64,000 nucleotides of DNA from the NCBI GenBank assembly GCA_965215515.1, contig OZ244057.1, positions 352,001-416,000 on the forward strand, in the 5' to 3' direction. A program made the translations under genes and the position numbers. The notes below the pieces were generated by a model. The model was not told where the DNA came from, made no database searches, and saw only the letters and a list, made by a program, of their open reading frames with translations. Source of the DNA: Oligoflexales bacterium. Its GTDB lineage: Bacteria > Bdellovibrionota_B > Oligoflexia > Oligoflexales > JAPPIL01. Shown here one piece after another: positions 58,919-64,000 of the stretch (within the stretch, counting starts at the first letter, position 1; each line of letters starts with the position of its first letter).

Positions 58919-60223
58919 TCATTTTTTAGTGGTTATATTCAAGATAAAATCGTGTTCGGCAAATTTAGCGATGTGCTGTGACATAAGCGTGGTGGCGCTG
59001 ATCTGAAGGGCGAAGATGCGCTGCAAGTCAGCGAGCAGTGCTTGCAGTGAGTGTTGGGTCAATTTGGCTGGTTGCTGGAAATTGAGTAGTACCGTGTCGC
59101 GGTGACTGTTGTCGAGCACTTGTGTAATGACGATAAGTTTTTTCAGATACAGCGCTAGGGTGAGCACATCGCGCTGCAACGCACCGAGCTGTCCTTGTAG
59201 TTGGCGGTAGTTGGCGGCTGGCAGGGTGCCGTCTTGCAGGCGTGCGCCGAGATGACTGAGGTGCAAGGCGATCAGGGTTTGGGCGGCGGCGATAGTGGTG
59301 GTGACGAAATAGACCCGTCGTTGTTGCTGAGTGTGGGTGAGTTCGCGTTGGATGTTTTGCCACATCGGTGTGGTGTCGGAGTTTGTCAGCGGTTGTGTCT
59401 GTAGCAGTGCCGCGGCGATGACGGGGCGTAGTGGCGACGACAGCAGGCGTATCAGCACGGTATCGTCCAGTTCGTCAGCGATGTCTGGGGTGATATTTTT
59501 GCTGTGTACTTCTTCGCCTGCGATGTGCCAGATTCCGTGAGGAAAACGCTGCTGACTCCGCAAGGCCAGCTTGAGGCGACTGTCCAGGGTAAGCGCATCG
59601 CCGCCGAAGGTCATGCTGTGGCGGAGGTTACGGTAGAGGGTGTGGGTGAAGTTGAGGGTACCGAAGTAGGCGACTTGAAACAGCGGGCAGATGGTATGCA
59701 GCGGTCCGATGAGCATCGGCTCGATAACTCCTTCGGTGATGGCGGTGTAGGGTAGCCAGGTCAAGCCGACGAACACGGCGCTGAGGATACCGCGTTCGTG
59801 GTAGAGGCGGTGGAGAAACCCTCGTGCCCGTTGGCTGGTGTCACGCCACCAGGTGACTTGGGTCAGTTTTTTTGCGCTCTGTAGATGGGTGTGTAGTTCC
59901 TCCGTCCAGGCGTGTTGGGTACGTAGGTGATCTCGTGTTCTAGCGGTGTCGCCGTACAGGAAGCAGGCACGACAGACTTGGTAGAGGTTTGTGCCTTGCA
60001 GACGTGGTGGCACGAGGTGGGCGAGCCAGGCGTACACAGGGAGGTCGAGTACCTGTCGTTTGGTTTGTAGCTGTAGCCAGTTGGTGGCCGCGAACCAGTT
60101 GTGTTCTTGTCGGTAGGCGGCATGAATCTGTTGTAGGTCTGAGCTGAGCTGGTCGGCACTCTTTGCCAGTGCAGGTAACAACAGCAGTAGCAAGCAGGGG
60201 GGCAGTTGCATCAGTTTTCGCAA
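58919..60223 (-). CDS. Hypothetical secreted helical protein
   Basis: Signal peptide; 434 aa; central hydrophobic segment; co-oriented and close-packed with the next gene. Confidence 0.7.
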   Translation of the reverse strand: MRKLMQLPPCLLLLLLPALAKSADQLSSDLQQIHAAYRQEHNWFAATNWLQLQTKRQVLDLPVYAWLAHLVPPRLQGTNLYQVCRACFLYGDTARTRDHLRTQHAWTEELHTHLQSAKKLTQVTWWRDTSQRARGFLHRLYHERGILSAVFVGLTWLPYTAITEGVIEPMLIGPLHTICPLFQVAYFGTLNFTHTLYRNLRHSMTFGGDALTLDSRLKLALRSQQRFPHGIWHIAGEEVHSKNITPDIADELDDTVLIRLLSSPLRPVIAAALLQTQPLTNSDTTPMWQNIQRELTHTQQQRRVYFVTTTIAAAQTLIALHLSHLGARLQDGTLPAANYRQLQGQLGALQRDVLTLALYLKKLIVITQVLDNSHRDTVLLNFQQPAKLTQHSLQALLADLQRIFALQISATTLMSQHIAKFAEHDFILNITTKK

Positions 60224-60343
60224 GATTGAACCTCATGCTCATGGCGCGGGGGTCCTCGGCTTTGGATAGAGCCGAGGGCGAGGAGTGAGGAAAACAGAAC
60301 TCATCTCGTATGTCAAGTTTAATCATTGCGGTGCGAGGCGCAC

Positions 60344-60397
60344 TGTAGATGCCCCCGTAGAGAGCGGACACCCTATCGTCTTCTAACAATTCACGTA
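60344..60397 (+). mobile_element. Solo IS3-like terminal repeat remnant (copy 3)
   Basis: TGTAGATGCCCCCGTAGAGAGCGGACACCCTATCG..., followed by AGGAG. Confidence 0.6.
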
Positions 60398-60426
60398 CAG
60401 GAGTGAGGAAGCAGGGGTATAGTTCA

Positions 60427-61485
60427 CTATTCTTTTTTCAGTTCACCCCAGGTGGTGGTTTGTTTGCCTTGTGCTTTAGGGAGGGCGGCGATGCGGGCAG
60501 CGAGGCGTACCATTCTGAACTGGCGGGCAAAATCGAGGGCGGTGTACCCGTCTTTGCTCTTCAGGAAGGGGTTGATGTCCTGATGCTCGATGAGTTTAAT
60601 CACTAAGTCATCGAAGCGGTTTAGTATCGCGTGGTGCAGGGCGGTCAGACCGTCTTTATCCTGGGCGTTGATGTCGATGTCAGGATCGTACTTAAGCACC
60701 TCGAGTGCCAAGTGCTTATGTCCCTGCTTGAGTTCAAAGATCAGCGGATACTTGGGGCGACAACCCATGGGATCCTCCTCTAGTTCGTATTCAGGGAAGA
60801 AACAGTTCTCTAGCGGTAATCCTTCGTGCACATGTTTGTAGAGCCAGACGATGCCGTTGATGTCGTCTTGGCCGAGATCGCCAATCTTATTCACAAAATG
60901 TGAGTGTGAACTCATTATGGAAGCGGGCTGTGTGCCCTTAGTGCTAGGTAAACCGCCTGTGCTAGGGCCTGGCTTGCCCTTGTAGGTGTCGGAGAGACCG
61001 AAAGCATGCCCAACTTCGTGGATAAGGTTGTTCATAAAGATTGCTGTCCTCATGCCGCGACGCATGTTGATGACAGGGCGATTGTCCCTCAGTTGGGCAT
61101 TGGAGGTATCAAAATTACAGTGGAAAATGACCCGCAGATCTTCGTCGTGGGGGCGGGGAACGGCGACGCGCTGAGAGCGGAAATCTTCAACGATCGGCTT
61201 GTCAGTGTAGTCGCGCAATGGCTGCAACCAGGCACGTAAGGCTTTGCCGATGGCGGCGGTAAGTGCCTCGTCGTTATCCCTTTCCTCGGGCGGACAATTG
61301 TCACCGTAGGTATAAGCGATGTCCAGGTGCGGCGCGTGCACCTTATTGATGAGCTGACCATCAAGATTAAAACCTTCCCGCCACCAGCGATGTTGCTGCG
61401 CGATAAACTTCGTATCCGTGCTCTGCGGACGCACTATGCAGGACAATAACAACAGAGCGAACGACAAAAAAAGTGAGTGTCTCAT
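60427..61485 (-). CDS. Lipoprotein: metzincin metalloprotease plus ankyrin repeats
   Basis: Lipobox LLSC; HEVGHAFGLSD with Met-turn ASIM; ankyrin repeats DINAQDKDGLTALHHA and DGYTALDFA. Confidence 0.85.
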   Translation of the reverse strand: MRHSLFLSFALLLLSCIVRPQSTDTKFIAQQHRWWREGFNLDGQLINKVHAPHLDIAYTYGDNCPPEERDNDEALTAAIGKALRAWLQPLRDYTDKPIVEDFRSQRVAVPRPHDEDLRVIFHCNFDTSNAQLRDNRPVINMRRGMRTAIFMNNLIHEVGHAFGLSDTYKGKPGPSTGGLPSTKGTQPASIMSSHSHFVNKIGDLGQDDINGIVWLYKHVHEGLPLENCFFPEYELEEDPMGCRPKYPLIFELKQGHKHLALEVLKYDPDIDINAQDKDGLTALHHAILNRFDDLVIKLIEHQDINPFLKSKDGYTALDFARQFRMVRLAARIAALPKAQGKQTTTWGELKKE

Positions 61486-61497
61486 GAGCGTATCCTC

Positions 61498-63999
61498 CTA
61501 AGGACAGACTTCGTTACCCTGCAAGGTTTTAGCACTAGCAGCATCGCAACCGCCGACAGCACATCGATCGAGTGCTTCGAAGAGATAGGGAGTTGATTTG
61601 TCGAGAAGGCTTGGAACTGGATGACCAGGATCGTTGCCTAGTAGTTGTCTATCTATAAATTCTCTACATTCTCTGCTCATGCTACTCTTGCTTGTTGTAC
61701 CCGCATAGAAATAATCCCACCACAGTTTTTGAGAAAGAGCACCCTGGTACTGATTGCCGAAAATAATATTACTTAGTGCATCATTATTATTATAATCTTT
61801 ACAGGCTTCAGGTATCCTACCCCCTCCCCCGCCAGTAGTGAGAATGTTTTGTACCTCACCAAGCTTGAGACGACTATAGCTAGTGCAAGCGTCCATGGCT
61901 TTAATGGGGTCGTAGCAGTCGCACGTTTTGTTGCCAGGAGGCCAGGAGACAGATGCATAGCCCTCGGGGCAGGAGGGAACACATGGCTCATCTTCTTCTG
62001 GTGGTTTAGGCACGTTGCAGGTACAGTCAAACGCTAGGTACTTCCCTGAAATCGATGTTCGACTAAGATCATGCGTGCAGTTTTTTTGTGCCTCTTCGAC
62101 AGTCGGCGGGGATAAAGTGCTAGCATAGTCCTGACCAAGGGCATCACTGTAACGATACGTTTCACATTTGTTTTCGCAGGTACATGCAGCGCCCGTCGAT
62201 GAGAAGTAACCCCCTCTAGTACTTTCACAGTGACTCGTTACCTCCGCAACTTCAGTATTTTTGGCGGGAACATCGCCCCCACTATAATCAGCTGGGTAGC
62301 TAACGCTATTACAGACAGGATCAGGCGGTGTCTCTGTCGGTGTCTCTGTCGGTGTCTCTGTCGGTGTCTCTGTCGGTGTCGGTGTCTCTGGCGGAGGTGG
62401 AGGAGAGACGCTGTATTTGCAACTCCCCGTACACTTATCAGTGTCGAAACTCCAGCTCTTATCAGCCCCGCTGCAGGTGCAGCCGCCACTGTTCCACGTG
62501 CCGCTAGCTTTGGTGCAAGCAGTCTGTTCAGCATCGGAAAGACACACGCACTCGCCTGTAGAACCAACCCCGAACACAGACAGCGCCTTGTTGAGCAGGC
62601 TGAATGAAGTACGAGCAGAGAAGTTCCATACCTTCTTGGGATCAGAGCAAGTGCACTTGCACCTATTATCGTTCCAGGTTGCCTCACTCACGTTGCCGCA
62701 TGCGTTTTTCTCATTACCAGTACTATCAGGGCACTGACACGTACAAGTATTCGGATTGTATACTCTGTTCACGTATGTCGTCCCATCGCTGCTGTTGCAA
62801 TTGCAGCCACTACCATATGTAGCCTCTTCCTGACAGCTGCCGTCCCTTGTCCCATCCAAACAGGCACTCTCACACTCTCCCACTTGCACCGCCTGCCCTC
62901 CCGAGCATTCTTCTTCAGTTTCAGTAATGGGTTCTGTTGGCTGTTCTGTCTCTGACTTCTTCGCACACACGCACCTACCCACCGTCCAGGGAGTAGGAGC
63001 CGTCCAGATGACGGTGTAGTCTGAAGTTGGATTTGTACAAGGTTTAGTTTGAAGCACGCCCCCATCGCTGCAGCAGTAGTGGGTATTGTGGTTGTCCTCC
63101 TTGCATCCTTCGGGCTCCTCAGTTTCAATGGCGGAGCAGTCACACGCATCTTGGTCCAAGTCCGTGTTCCAGCTGATTGTGTATGCATCATCACAGTTAT
63201 CACCGCTGGGAATGACACCACCAGTACCTTCCTCACTGCAGCAGTAGTGGGTATTGTGGTTGTCCTCCTTGCATCCTTCGGGCTCCTCAGTTTCAATGGC
63301 GGAGCAGTCACACGCATCTGGGTCCAAGTCCGTGTTCCAGCTGATTGTGTATGCATCATCACAGTTATCACCGCTGGGAATGACACCACCAGTACCTTCC
63401 TCACTGCAGCAGTAGTTGCTCATGTTGCGCTGTCGGCATGCTTTGTTTTCAACCTTAGAAGGGCAGGGGGGACTGGTACACTCGCACTGGCAGGCAGTGG
63501 AGTTCCAGTTCGGTGTGGCAGAGGGGCAGGTGATGCCAGCCGCCGCAGCTTCTGCAGCAGTAGCATGTGGACACTCGCACTGGCAGGCAGTGGAGTTCCA
63601 GTTCGGTGTGGCAGAGGGGCAGGTGATGCCAGCTTCTGCAGCAGTAGCATATAGACACTGGCACTGGCAGGTTGTGGAATTCCATGTGTAGTTGCCAGTA
63701 CAAGACTGTGGAGCACATCCACATTGGCAGTGACTGGGAATCCAGGTGTAACCTGGAGCACAATCATCTGCGCTTTTTTTACATATACAACAATCAGGCT
63801 GACTTATATCTGTTTCCCACCCGCCAACTTTGGCGCAGGTGGTGCATGGGGGAGGTGGCGTTGGCGTTGGCGTTGGCGTTGGCGTTGGTGTTGGTGTCGG
63901 ATCAGGCGTTGGCGTTGGTGGCGTTGGCGTTGGTGGCGTTGGCGTTGGTGGCGTTGGCGTTGGTGGCGTTGGTGTTATGCAAACCTTCGTCCCTATAAC
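61498..63999 (-). CDS. Large Cys-rich CxCxC-repeat / Pro-Thr-repeat protein (5' end beyond the window)
   Basis: Manual translation shows the 61498..63423 frame stays open to 63999: VIGTKVCITPTPPTP...WNSTTCQCQC...WNSTACQCEC...RNMSNYCC. Confidence 0.85.
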   Translation of the reverse strand, partial: VIGTKVCITPTPPTPTPPTPTPPTPTPPTPTPDPTPTPTPTPTPTPTPPPPCTTCAKVGGWETDISQPDCCICKKSADDCAPGYTWIPSHCQCGCAPQSCTGNYTWNSTTCQCQCLYATAAEAGITCPSATPNWNSTACQCECPHATAAEAAAAGITCPSATPNWNSTACQCECTSPPCPSKVENKACRQRNMSNYCCSEEGTGGVIPSGDNCDDAYTISWNTDLDPDACDCSAIETEEPEGCKEDNHNTHYCCSEEGTGGVIPSGDNCDDAYTISWNTDLDQDACDCSAIETEEPEGCKEDNHNTHYCCSDGGVLQTKPCTNPTSDYTVIWTAPTPWTVGRCVCAKKSETEQPTEPITETEEECSGGQAVQVGECESACLDGTRDGSCQEEATYGSGCNCNSSDGTTYVNRVYNPNTCTCQCPDSTGNEKNACGNVSEATWNDNRCKCTCSDPKKVWNFSARTSFSLLNKALSVFGVGSTGECVCLSDAEQTACTKASGTWNSGGCTCSGADKSWSFDTDKCTGSCKYSVSPPPPPETPTPTETPTETPTETPTETPPDPVCNSVSYPADYSGGDVPAKNTEVAEVTSHCESTRGGYFSSTGAACTCENKCETYRYSDALGQDYASTLSPPTVEEAQKNCTHDLSRTSISGKYLAFDCTCNVPKPPEEDEPCVPSCPEGYASVSWPPGNKTCDCYDPIKAMDACTSYSRLKLGEVQNILTTGGGGGRIPEACKDYNNNDALSNIIFGNQYQGALSQKLWWDYFYAGTTSKSSMSRECREFIDRQLLGNDPGHPVPSLLDKSTPYLFEALDRCAVGGCDAASAKTLQGNEVCP
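63068..63416. repeat. 168-bp tandem duplication (56 aa) inside the Cys-rich gene
   Basis: CTGCAGCAGTAGT recurs at 63068, 63236 and 63404; the units differ by one Pro/Gln change. Confidence 0.95.
63853..63975. repeat. 6/9-bp microsatellite (GGCGTT/GGT) encoding a Pro-Thr linker
   Basis: Read directly from the sequence; a related 12-bp repeat (ETPT) lies at about 62326..62390. Confidence 0.92.
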
Positions 64000-64000
64000 T

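Noticed and set aside
60254..60277. GC hairpin CCTCGGCT...AGCCGAGG
   Set aside because: No U-tract on either side and only one copy seen; function cannot be assigned.
63421..63423. ATG given by the ORF track as the start of the Cys-rich gene
   Set aside because: The frame remains open with the same repeat types up to the window edge, so this is an internal Met.

Overview
Gene-dense bacterial chromosome segment. No prophage, intact transposase or CRISPR array was seen. Housekeeping genes include tyrS (partial), infC, valS, def, rpe, an IHF/HU gene, accA-aroA-cmk, tRNA-Arg(TCT), methylmalonyl-CoA mutase with meaB, mnmE, uppP, ssb, gshB, lolA, kdsA, orn, etfBA, dksA and sufCD. They are interleaved with many orphan secreted proteins and lipoproteins. 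The gene content (vWA lipoprotein, type IV pilin, PilZ, GGDEF, two DsbA proteins, sigma28-like promoters, ankyrin and Cys-rich eukaryote-like proteins) suggests a Bdellovibrionota/Oligoflexia-like, probably host-associated organism; this is inference only. The most notable items are: a lipoprotein metzincin-ankyrin fusion ending in a 'TTTWGELKK' tail that may be a sorting signal; a large CxCxC/Pro-Thr repeat protein that runs off the window end; a VTC-DUF4956-beta-propeller operon; three solo IS3-like ends beside accessory genes; sigma28-like promoters on three orphan lipoprotein genes; a perfect 4x80-bp amplification of the IHF gene 3' end; and kilobase-scale flips in strand skew. All family assignments come from motifs recognised by eye, not from database searches.
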